DNA of 64,000 nt from a candidate division WWE3 bacterium (GTDB taxonomy: Bacteria; Patescibacteriota; WWE3; 2-01-FULL-39-13). The notes under the pieces are model-generated. The model had not been told where the DNA came from. It made no database searches and was given only the letters and a program-made list of their open reading frames with translations. Numbering within the stretch: position 1 is the stretch's first letter; the number at the start of each line of letters is the position of its first letter. Positions 19,373 to 27,911 of the stretch are shown here, piece after piece. The position numbers and the translations under genes are program-made. The stretch is from positions 104,496-168,495 of the forward strand of contig CALRDH010000003.1 of the NCBI GenBank assembly GCA_943354835.1. The letters run 5' to 3'.

Positions 19373-20644
19373 ATGAAGAATTTTCCAAATAAATTAATTG
19401 AAATATATAAAGGGAATTTTATTTTAAGTAGATCATCTATAGTTATTGTCTCGTCTCTTTTTGGGAGTGTTTTTTCATACCTATTTCAGTTTTTATCAGC
19501 ACGAAGTTTAAGTGTTGAAGAATATTCAGAACTTGTTTCGCTTTTCTCATTAAGCGTAATAATTGGCACAATCATGCTGGTTTTTACAAACGGAACGACA
19601 AAGCTTGTTGCTGAAATAAAATCAATTAATTATCCAATTAGAATTTCAAATTTTTTCTTCTCTTTAATGAAGCTTGTTTTATTAACAACTATAATCGTTT
19701 TTATAGGCATGGTAGTTTTCCAAAATCAAATTGGATCATATCTAAATATTTCAAATAAAAGTCTAATTTATATATTTGCAATCGCCGTCATTCTTGGAAA
19801 TATAAACTCTGCATTAGGGCCGATTTTGCAAGGACTTCAACGATTCAAAGCATTTTCGTTTTACAACATATTTAATTCATTTGCGAAATTTCTAGTTGCT
19901 GTAATAGTTTTATATTTTGGACTTACTGTAATAGAAACATTTTGGGGCTTGGTAATTTCAACAGTCGTAAGTATTGCGGTAGGAGCTGTTTTGTTAAAAA
20001 AGAATTTACGTCTAAATTTAAAAGCATTTGATAATGAGGATATAAAAACTTTAGCAAAGTATTCAATCGGAAGCATCTTAATTTTGGCGGGCTTAAATTT
20101 CTTACAAAATAACGACATAATTTTGGTAAAACATTACTTTGATGCAAACCTTGCAGGCATATATGCATCTCTAACAGTTATTGGCAGAATTGTCTTTTTT
20201 GCAGCGTCGCCAGTTGCAATAGTTATGCTTCCAATTTGCGCCGAAAGATATAAACATGGCGGAGATGTTGTAAAACCATTTTTAATTTCGATTTCAATTT
20301 CAGCATTAATTGCGTCATCAGTTTCTTTGGCCTATTGGCTTTTCCCAAAACTAATAATTGGAATTCTATTTGGTGAAAAATACATACAGTCAGCTCCATA
20401 CTTACCATTATTTGGTTTATTTATGCTTTTTTACACAGTCTTATATGTCGTTGGAATGTTTTTTATATCCATATCAAAATTCAAGCAAGGATCACTAATG
20501 TTAATCGGTGCAGTAATACAAATCGTCGGGATTTACTATTTTCACGAAAATTTATATCAAGTTATATGGGCGTCAATAATAGGAACAATCACATCACTAA
20601 TTGCTCTAACGCCATTTCTAATTGCTGATATTAGAAAGAAGTGA
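19373..20644 (+). CDS. Wzx/MOP-family polysaccharide flippase
   Basis: About 12 hydrophobic segments; LSVEEYS, LQGLQRF, DIILVKHYF..AGIY, LFGEKY. Confidence 0.85.
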   Translation: MKNFPNKLIEIYKGNFILSRSSIVIVSSLFGSVFSYLFQFLSARSLSVEEYSELVSLFSLSVIIGTIMLVFTNGTTKLVAEIKSINYPIRISNFFFSLMKLVLLTTIIVFIGMVVFQNQIGSYLNISNKSLIYIFAIAVILGNINSALGPILQGLQRFKAFSFYNIFNSFAKFLVAVIVLYFGLTVIETFWGLVISTVVSIAVGAVLLKKNLRLNLKAFDNEDIKTLAKYSIGSILILAGLNFLQNNDIILVKHYFDANLAGIYASLTVIGRIVFFAASPVAIVMLPICAERYKHGGDVVKPFLISISISALIASSVSLAYWLFPKLIIGILFGEKYIQSAPYLPLFGLFMLFYTVLYVVGMFFISISKFKQGSLMLIGAVIQIVGIYYFHENLYQVIWASIIGTITSLIALTPFLIADIRKK

Positions 20645-22450
20645 GGAAGCCGCTTGATTGTTTGGATCTGCAATCATTATTTGAAGCAATATTTCCCTAG
20701 CCTCGGAAATCTTACCTATCTTTGAATATATCAAAGCAAGATTATAAGCAAGCTCAACCGATTGGTTCTTTGAAAAAGCCTGCTCCATATATAGTGCAGC
20801 CTTTTCAAAATCTCCGCTATTAAAATAGATACCTGCAAGATTCTGGAATGATTGCCAAATGTTTGAATTTATTTCAATTGCTTTTTGATAATCGTTTATT
20901 GCGCTATCCATATCACCTTTGCTTTGATGCGCCGAACCTCTGTTGTGATATGCATCGGCATAATTTGGATTAATTTCAATTGCTAGGGAAAATTCTTTAA
21001 TCGCATTATCAATATCGCCGCTTCTTGAATAAACATCCCCCATATTATTGTGCGTATTTGGGCTAGAAGGTGAGGTTTTCGCGGTTGCGACCCATAGAGT
21101 ATCTTCGCTTTTCCAGTCTTCGTTTCGCACAATAGTACGGATCGAAAGCGCGACAATCGCAACCGCGAAAACCGTATATACAAAAACCCTCAAACCTTCC
21201 TTTCTACAAAGTCTCTCGAGAAAAAATCCTACCATTGCAAAAATCCCAACTGACCCTAAATAAACATACCTTTCAGCAACAATCCAGGCTAAACCAAGTG
21301 GCGCTAACGTTACAGCTATTGAAATGAAAAAGAAACTTCCCCAAAAGAAAATAAATCCCCAGATATTATTTACATTTCTATTTTTCAAAAACTTAAAAAA
21401 GGCATAAATAATAATTCCAGCAAAAATTATGAAAATTAAAGACCGAATTACATATTGTCCATTCGAGAAACTCATTTCCGAATGATACAAAGTTAATCCA
21501 GTTGGCCAAAAGATCATTCTCAAATATTCTGAGGTCGCAATTGGAATTTGCGCTAAAGGACTAATCATGTCATTTCCTCTTGAATAATAATCTTGCTGTA
21601 AACCAACTTTTCGTTCACCAATCTTTCCTAAAAATAAAAGAGAGAAGAAAACGGTTACTAATATATGTGGAATATATGTTCGGGTTTTTGAAAATCCGCC
21701 TCTAAATATAAAATCATATATCGGATAAATTATGATAAGCGGAGCGGCTTTTTCATTCGTAAATATCGATAGTAAAAAGAAGAACGCCGAAAAAAGGAGG
21801 TTCCTTAAATTTCTTGGATAAAATATGTAAAGTGCAAAAGATACCAAAAAGAAGAATGTATATTTATCGTAGGGGCCCCCTGATATCCAAGTAACAGATT
21901 CAACTAATATCGGATGCACAGCAAATAAGCTTGCAACAAAAATCCCTAAATCTCTTGAATGTTTCTTGTGAAAAATCAAATAAATGAGCAAAACCGATCC
22001 AATGTGAAATATAAGATTTACCAATCTAAACATAATCGGATTTGGCCCACCAAGTTTATAAAGAAGAAAATACGAAAGGGAAGTTACTAATCCGTTGAGT
22101 TGATCAATTCGGAAAGTCCTTAAATTGGGGTTATTTAAAATAGATCCAATATCATCAGAAACCAAGCCACTGTTAAGTCCATTTGCATATACAAAAAAAG
22201 TTAATAGTAAAAGCCCTATTAAAATTTTCTTTTCAGCTTTTATCCAATTTACAAAATTAAATTCTTCACCACGTTTATTATCCGGCGCAAGTCCGCGAAC
22301 ATACTTTTCATATTTTTCTTTTTTCCAAATTTCTTTAAGGTACAAAAGGACCTCTTGTTGCAAAAGCCCAGCACCTTGCGAAAGTTGAGGCAAATTCAAT
22401 TTGTTAATATTCTTCTTAATGAATTTTTTTTGCGTGTGTGTTAAAGCCAC
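20618..22450 (-). CDS. TMTC-like GT-C membrane glycosyltransferase with C-terminal TPR repeats
   Basis: Luminal DD motif (LVSDD), HPILVESVTWISG, IFWPTGL, AERYVY, RNEDW..E..LW, then TPRs (AIEINPNYADAYHNRG). Confidence 0.82.
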   Translation of the reverse strand: MALTHTQKKFIKKNINKLNLPQLSQGAGLLQQEVLLYLKEIWKKEKYEKYVRGLAPDNKRGEEFNFVNWIKAEKKILIGLLLLTFFVYANGLNSGLVSDDIGSILNNPNLRTFRIDQLNGLVTSLSYFLLYKLGGPNPIMFRLVNLIFHIGSVLLIYLIFHKKHSRDLGIFVASLFAVHPILVESVTWISGGPYDKYTFFFLVSFALYIFYPRNLRNLLFSAFFFLLSIFTNEKAAPLIIIYPIYDFIFRGGFSKTRTYIPHILVTVFFSLLFLGKIGERKVGLQQDYYSRGNDMISPLAQIPIATSEYLRMIFWPTGLTLYHSEMSFSNGQYVIRSLIFIIFAGIIIYAFFKFLKNRNVNNIWGFIFFWGSFFFISIAVTLAPLGLAWIVAERYVYLGSVGIFAMVGFFLERLCRKEGLRVFVYTVFAVAIVALSIRTIVRNEDWKSEDTLWVATAKTSPSSPNTHNNMGDVYSRSGDIDNAIKEFSLAIEINPNYADAYHNRGSAHQSKGDMDSAINDYQKAIEINSNIWQSFQNLAGIYFNSGDFEKAALYMEQAFSKNQSVELAYNLALIYSKIGKISEAREILLQIMIADPNNQAASSLLSNISN

Positions 22451-22491
22451 ATAAAGATTTTAGCAAGAATTGGTGATAAAATTTAAACCAA

Positions 22492-23331
22492 ATGGAAATA
22501 AGCTTACTATCCGTAATTGTTCCTATATATAAACAAGAAAAGACAATTAAGGAAGATTTATTATCGATTCACGCAACCCTTTCAAAAACACCATACAATT
22601 TCGAAATTATTGGAGTTGTTGACGGAACGGCGCTAGATAGTTCACTTTCCGAAGCAAAAAAAGTTAAAAAAGATAACGTTAAAATCTTTGGATATAAAAA
22701 TAATAAAGGCAAAGGCCAAGCTGTTAGATTCGGAATGCAAAAGGCATCAGGGGACGTGATTAGTTTTATTGATTCAGGAATGGATATTGCGCCAGCCGGA
22801 ATCGTAATGTTACTCGAGCATATGAAGTGGTATAACGCCGACATTATTATAGGGAGCAAACTTCATCCAGCCAGTATTGTTAAAAATTATCCAACTAAAA
22901 GAAAGTTTTTGACTTATTGCTACTATATTATGGTTAAAGTTCTTTTTGGACTTAAGGTTCGTGATACACAAACTGGCCTTAAAGCATATAAAAGAAAAGT
23001 TTTAGAAAAAGTTTTGGATCTTTTGGTTGTTAAAACATTTGCCTTTGATATTGAACTTTTAGCAGTTGCGAATAAATTAGGATTTAAAAAGATTTATGAT
23101 GCTCCAGTTATTGTTAATTGGGAACCTACAAATACTTCTCTTGGCAAAGTTTTTAGAAGCGGAATTATTAGGGATTTTATGATGGATACTTTAGCAGTTT
23201 GGTATCGAATGAATATTTTGAAATATTATTATAATGGAAGAAGCCGCGTTAAAGTTTTTGACGAAGATTTAGGTATGAATATAAATACAGGTGCAATGTA
23301 TGAAAGAAAAAGACACAATGCAAGACACTAA
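22492..23331 (+). CDS. GT2, dolichol/polyprenol-phosphate glycosyltransferase-like
   Basis: LSVIVPIY, NKGKGQAV, FIDSG, DTQTGLK, FAFDIELL. Confidence 0.88.
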   Translation: MEISLLSVIVPIYKQEKTIKEDLLSIHATLSKTPYNFEIIGVVDGTALDSSLSEAKKVKKDNVKIFGYKNNKGKGQAVRFGMQKASGDVISFIDSGMDIAPAGIVMLLEHMKWYNADIIIGSKLHPASIVKNYPTKRKFLTYCYYIMVKVLFGLKVRDTQTGLKAYKRKVLEKVLDLLVVKTFAFDIELLAVANKLGFKKIYDAPVIVNWEPTNTSLGKVFRSGIIRDFMMDTLAVWYRMNILKYYYNGRSRVKVFDEDLGMNINTGAMYERKRHNARH

Positions 23332-24394
23332 ACCATTGGTTTCTATTATTATAATTTGCGAAACGTGGAATAATTTTCTTTCTGAAGCACTTCCCTATTA
23401 TTCAAAGCTAGATTATGCAAATTTTGAGGTTTTTGTGTTTATGACAGAAAAGCCTTCAAAAGATGTCGCCAATAAATACCACAAGATTAAATTCATAGCT
23501 TCCCCTGAAACAAAAAATAAACCTGCTGAAAAAAGAGACTTGGCAATTAAATACGCGAAAGGCGAATTTTTCGCTTTTATAGATGACGATGCATTCCCAC
23601 ATAAAGATTGGCTTAAAAATGCCGTTGAGATTTTGCAAGATGAAAGCGTTGTTGCAGTAGGAGGTCCTGGCGTAACACCACAGGGACTGGCCCGAAAGGG
23701 CCTAGGCCGTGAAGGGCCAGGCCCTACAGCGATGGAACATGCCTCGGGATTTGTTTCTGCAAGTCCACTTGGTGGATTTGGCTCTACATATAGATTTATT
23801 CCACAAGAAAGACGCGAAGTTGATGATTTTCCTTCAATGAATCTTATTGTTCGCTCAGAGGATTTTAAAAATGTCGGTGGCTTTGATTCTTCTTTTTATC
23901 CAGGAGAAGATACAAAACTTTGTTTAGACTTAACTCAAAAACTCAATAAAAAAATAATCTATGATCCAGGAGTTCTTGTTTATCACCACAAGCGTCCACT
24001 TTTCAAAAAGCATTTAATTCAAAACGGAAGATATGGTCTTCACCGAGGACACTTCGCAAGAATTCTTCCAAAAACTTCACGAAGATGGTTTTACTTTATT
24101 CCTTCAATATTTGCAATTGGAGTAATAACGGGAAACATTGCAACGTTAATTTCGCAGTACACAAAATCGCCTGCTTTTATCAACTTATATGCGACTATTT
24201 TTCAATTCTTTTTCGGAATTTATATCTTCATGCTTTTTATAAACGCCATTTGGGTATATCAAAAATCAAAAAACATATACGTCTCACTTCTAACAATCCC
24301 CGGGGTCTTTCTAACTCACCTTTGGTATGGAATAAAATTCATACAAGGATTCATAAAGCCAAAAATGGAAGACAAATACGGAAGAACGGAATAA
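23318..24394 (+). CDS. GT2 glycosyltransferase with C-terminal TM segments
   Basis: AFIDDDA, VGGP, VGGFD..PGEDT; hydrophobic C-terminus. Confidence 0.88.
   Translation: MQDTKPLVSIIIICETWNNFLSEALPYYSKLDYANFEVFVFMTEKPSKDVANKYHKIKFIASPETKNKPAEKRDLAIKYAKGEFFAFIDDDAFPHKDWLKNAVEILQDESVVAVGGPGVTPQGLARKGLGREGPGPTAMEHASGFVSASPLGGFGSTYRFIPQERREVDDFPSMNLIVRSEDFKNVGGFDSSFYPGEDTKLCLDLTQKLNKKIIYDPGVLVYHHKRPLFKKHLIQNGRYGLHRGHFARILPKTSRRWFYFIPSIFAIGVITGNIATLISQYTKSPAFINLYATIFQFFFGIYIFMLFINAIWVYQKSKNIYVSLLTIPGVFLTHLWYGIKFIQGFIKPKMEDKYGRTE
23682..23725. repeat. GC-rich cluster of three REP-like palindromic units, in frame inside the GT2 gene
   Basis: AGGGACTGGCCCG-aa-AGGGCCTAGGCCG-tga-AGGGCCAGGCCCT; 31/44 G+C; includes a GGCCC-GAAA-GGGCC hairpin. 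Confidence 0.75.
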
Positions 24395-24424
24395 GAGATG
24401 ATACCCTACTCCCTCAACTCCTCC

Positions 24425-24453
24425 TTGACTCTGCGCCTTTATTATTTTCTAAT
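24425..24453 (+). promoter_or_regulatory. Putative sigma70 promoter (likely leaderless) for the ferredoxin/radical SAM unit
   Basis: TTGACT-N17-TCTAAT, 6 nt before ATG 24460. Confidence 0.5.
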
Positions 24454-24459
24454 GGTGTC

Positions 24460-24708
24460 ATGTCAGATAATGTTCAAACACTAACTAAGGATAGTATTGA
24501 GATTCGAGTTCATAGAGATATGTGCATTAGTGCTGGGCCTTGCACTGTTTATGCTCCTAATACTTTTGATATTGATGATTCCGGAATCGCATTTATTAAA
24601 GCTGGCGATTGGGATTCTTTTGAAAAGATTTTTGAAGCAGCTAAAAGTTGCCCTGTTTTAGCAATTGAAGTTTATAAAGATGGTAAAAAGGTTTATCCTG
24701 AAAATTAA
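24460..24708 (+). CDS. Small ferredoxin ([3Fe-4S]-type motif)
   Basis: CISAGPCTVYAP...AAKSCPVLAI (CxxAxxC...CP); real start MSDNV at 24460. Confidence 0.88.
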   Translation: MSDNVQTLTKDSIEIRVHRDMCISAGPCTVYAPNTFDIDDSGIAFIKAGDWDSFEKIFEAAKSCPVLAIEVYKDGKKVYPEN

Positions 24709-24711
24709 TAT

Positions 24712-26364
24712 ATGAAAAAAGAAAAGTCCGACGTAACAATCGTAGTTGGTTATCCTCCAATCGAAACAGAAAAAGGTACACCACTTTTAAGCCAAAATAG
24801 ACAATTTCAATATTTCAATTCTCCAACTTATATTTACCCAATGGTACCAGCATATGCTGCAAGTAACCTAAAAGACAAAGGCTACACAGTTTATTGGATG
24901 GACGGGATTTCAGAAGGCAAAAAATATGATCAATGGGTTGATGAATTAACAGCAACAGCGCCAGATTTTTTGATGATGGAAACAAAATCGCCAGTCGTTA
25001 AAGCTCACTGGAAAATAATTGATGATATAAAATCAAAAATTCCAGCTCTAAAAATCGTAATTGTAGGAGACCATGTAACAGCATTCCCTGAAGAAACTTT
25101 AGAAAATTGTAGCGTTGATTACATTATAAAAGGTGGCGATTATGATTTTGTAATTGTGAACCTTTTAAATCATATTTATACAGGTGAAGAATTAGAAGGT
25201 GGCGTTTACTGGAGATTCGGTAATAAAGATATTAAAGCAAAACCAAAACAAACAATTGGAAAGTTTCACAATTCTGGACCAACCGCTTTAAGGCACAAAC
25301 TTGATGATTTACCATTTGTTGACCGCGATTTAACAAAATGGGAACTTTATGCTTACGAAAACGGAAACTACAAATATACTCCAGCAACATACATGTATAG
25401 CGGAAGAGACTGCTGGTGGAACAGGTGCACTTTTTGCGTTTGGGATCACACAATAAATCCAATTGGATCATACAGAAGTTTTTCACCAGAACGACTTTTT
25501 GCTGAAGTAAAACATGTTGTCGATAATTATGGAGTTCGTGAAATTTTTGACGATGCCGGAACTTTATTTATTGGTCCAAAACTTAAAAAATTCTGTGAAC
25601 TTTTAATCGAAAGCGGATACAACAAAAAAGTTGTATATGGATGCAACATGCGATTCAACGCATTAAATCAGGAATATTACGATCTAATGGCAAAAGCTGG
25701 TTTTAGATTCATCTTATACGGTATGGAATCTGGAAATCAAAAGACTTTAGATAAATTAGACAAAGGAACAAAAGAAGAAGACACAATAAACGGTTCCAGA
25801 ATGGCAAGCAAGGCAGGTCTTGAGCCACACGCAACAATAATGCTTGGTTATCCATGGGAATCATACGAAGACGCAAAACGCACTATAGAGGTTGCAAAGT
25901 ACTGCTTCAAAAAAGGCTACTTTAATACAATGCAAGCAACAATTGTTATTCCCTACCCTGCAACACCACTTTGGAAAGAATGTAAAGAAAAAGGCTGGCT
26001 TTTAACAGAAGACTACGATGATTACGATATGCGTGGTGCAGTTATGAAAATTGGCTTCTCCGAAGAGAAGCTAATGGCTCTAACACAAGACTTATATTCA
26101 GCATTTTTGTCGCCTCAATATATGCTTAGAAAAGTTATAAGCATAAGAAATATTGATGACATTAAATTCTTCTACATGGCTGGCAAAAAACTAATGGGAC
26201 ACTTACTAGACTTTGACCCAAGCCAAACAGATGTGAACTTTAAATCTATGAAATTCTGGAAAAATGCTAGTAAAAAACTAATGAGCCAATTCACAAGAAA
26301 TAAAACTACAGTAGATTCTGAAAAAGATATGGTTAAGCTAGAAGACAGCGCTGTTGCAAGATAA
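24712..26364 (+). CDS. Radical SAM enzyme with B12-binding-like N-terminal domain (HpnJ/BchE-like)
   Basis: GDHVTAFPEE, SGRDCWWNRCTFCVW (CxxxCxxC), EIFDD, GMESGNQ, PYPATPL. Confidence 0.88.
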   Translation: MKKEKSDVTIVVGYPPIETEKGTPLLSQNRQFQYFNSPTYIYPMVPAYAASNLKDKGYTVYWMDGISEGKKYDQWVDELTATAPDFLMMETKSPVVKAHWKIIDDIKSKIPALKIVIVGDHVTAFPEETLENCSVDYIIKGGDYDFVIVNLLNHIYTGEELEGGVYWRFGNKDIKAKPKQTIGKFHNSGPTALRHKLDDLPFVDRDLTKWELYAYENGNYKYTPATYMYSGRDCWWNRCTFCVWDHTINPIGSYRSFSPERLFAEVKHVVDNYGVREIFDDAGTLFIGPKLKKFCELLIESGYNKKVVYGCNMRFNALNQEYYDLMAKAGFRFILYGMESGNQKTLDKLDKGTKEEDTINGSRMASKAGLEPHATIMLGYPWESYEDAKRTIEVAKYCFKKGYFNTMQATIVIPYPATPLWKECKEKGWLLTEDYDDYDMRGAVMKIGFSEEKLMALTQDLYSAFLSPQYMLRKVISIRNIDDIKFFYMAGKKLMGHLLDFDPSQTDVNFKSMKFWKNASKKLMSQFTRNKTTVDSEKDMVKLEDSAVAR

Positions 26365-26365
26365 T

Positions 26366-26857
26366 ATGGAAGTATCAGAAAAAGTTTGCATACCATCGGT
26401 TTCAAAAACGCTAAAACACGAGCTTGTACATTTAATAGTCTCTATAGGTGTAGCCATTTTTATACATGTGACATACGGCGATATTTTAGTCTCTATATTC
26501 ACATTTGCACTCGCAATGTTCTTGGACGCTGACCACCTATTTGATTATTGCTTACATCTATACAAAAACGAAGGCGGAATTTCGGGACTTTTTAAATTCT
26601 CCGCAAAGGAATTTTTAAGCGGAGCCTACTTTCAAAAATGGCAAAAATTCATAACACCGCTTCATGCATGGGAAATTGCAATCGGCTCATTATTACTATA
26701 TTTTTTCTGGCTTCCCTACCCTATCTTTATGTCAATCGCACTTGCACTTTCATCACACTACTTAGTTGACTACGCAACAAACGACGTCAACAAAAAAGCA
26801 TACTTCATAATGTATCGTGCGAAAAATGGATTCGTAAAAAAAGCGATTAGTAGATAA
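26366..26857 (+). CDS. Membrane protein with His/Asp motifs (YdjM/DUF457-like metal-dependent hydrolase)
   Basis: HELVH, LDADHLFD, PLHAWE and SHYLVD within TM segments. Confidence 0.6.
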   Translation: MEVSEKVCIPSVSKTLKHELVHLIVSIGVAIFIHVTYGDILVSIFTFALAMFLDADHLFDYCLHLYKNEGGISGLFKFSAKEFLSGAYFQKWQKFITPLHAWEIAIGSLLLYFFWLPYPIFMSIALALSSHYLVDYATNDVNKKAYFIMYRAKNGFVKKAISR

Positions 26858-26879
26858 GTTTTTCTGATAGAATCCAGTT

Positions 26880-27911
26880 ATGCCAAAAACGTGGCCCTTA
26901 ATTTCGATAATTACACCAACTTTAAATGCAGGGAAAGTTTTAGAAACAGAACTTGAATCAATCCGCTCCCAAGATTACCCACAAGATAAAATCGAAATAA
27001 TAATTGCAGATGGCGGATCAACCGATTCCACTTTAGAAATTGCTAAAAAATATAACGCAAAAGTTTTTCCGAATCCATTAAAAACTGGCGAAGCTGGAAA
27101 AGCAGTCGCTGTTAAAAAAGCCGAGGGTAAATATATTGCTTTGATTGATTCTGACAATATCCTTCCGGATAATTCCTGGCTAAAAGAAATGATCGAGCCG
27201 TTAGAACAAAACCCAGACATCGCCGGATCAGAGCCTTGGGCTTTCATATATAGAAAAGAAGCTGGCTTTATTGAAAGATATTGTGCACTTATTGGTGCAA
27301 ACGATCCCATTGTTTTATGGTACAAAAATTATGACCGTGTAAATACTGTTTCCGAAAAGTGGACGGAATCAAACGTAATACAAAATGACATCGGAAGTTA
27401 TATAGCGGTAACCTTAAAAAAAGGTCACGAAGTCCCAACAATCGGTGCGAACGGAACAATTTTTAGATCAGACTTTTTACAAAGCGCAAATATTGGTGAC
27501 TATCTTTTCGATATCGACATTCTTCTGTCCGAAGTAAAAAGATTGGGTGAAGTGAAATTCGCGAAAGTTAAAACTAGCATTATTCATACGTACTGCGAAT
27601 CAAATATTAAAAAATTCGCACGCAAACAAAAAAGGCGCGTTCTCGATTACTATTTTTATCAATCTCTTGGACTTAGAAATACCGATTGGGAATCTAAAGG
27701 TTCGAAATACGCAATCTTAAAATTCGCTGTAGAAACAGCTCTAATATTTCCAAATGTTTTCTACGCAATTAAGGGGCTTCTAAAAAAACCAGACATTGCG
27801 TGGTTTTTTCATCCAATTGCTTGTCTGATAACACTATACCAATACGCAATCGGAACCATTTCATTTAAAATAAATAAAGCTACAATTAAAAGAGATGATT
27901 GGAAACAGTAA
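26880..27911 (+). CDS. GT2 glycosyltransferase
   Basis: ISIITPTLN, ADGGSTDST, LIDSDN. Confidence 0.88.
   Translation: MPKTWPLISIITPTLNAGKVLETELESIRSQDYPQDKIEIIIADGGSTDSTLEIAKKYNAKVFPNPLKTGEAGKAVAVKKAEGKYIALIDSDNILPDNSWLKEMIEPLEQNPDIAGSEPWAFIYRKEAGFIERYCALIGANDPIVLWYKNYDRVNTVSEKWTESNVIQNDIGSYIAVTLKKGHEVPTIGANGTIFRSDFLQSANIGDYLFDIDILLSEVKRLGEVKFAKVKTSIIHTYCESNIKKFARKQKRRVLDYYFYQSLGLRNTDWESKGSKYAILKFAVETALIFPNVFYAIKGLLKKPDIAWFFHPIACLITLYQYAIGTISFKINKATIKRDDWKQ

Noticed and set aside
24085-24459. N-terminal extension of the 207-aa ferredoxin ORF
   Set aside because: It overlaps the GT2 gene in another frame and contains the putative promoter; the ferredoxin domain starts at 24460.
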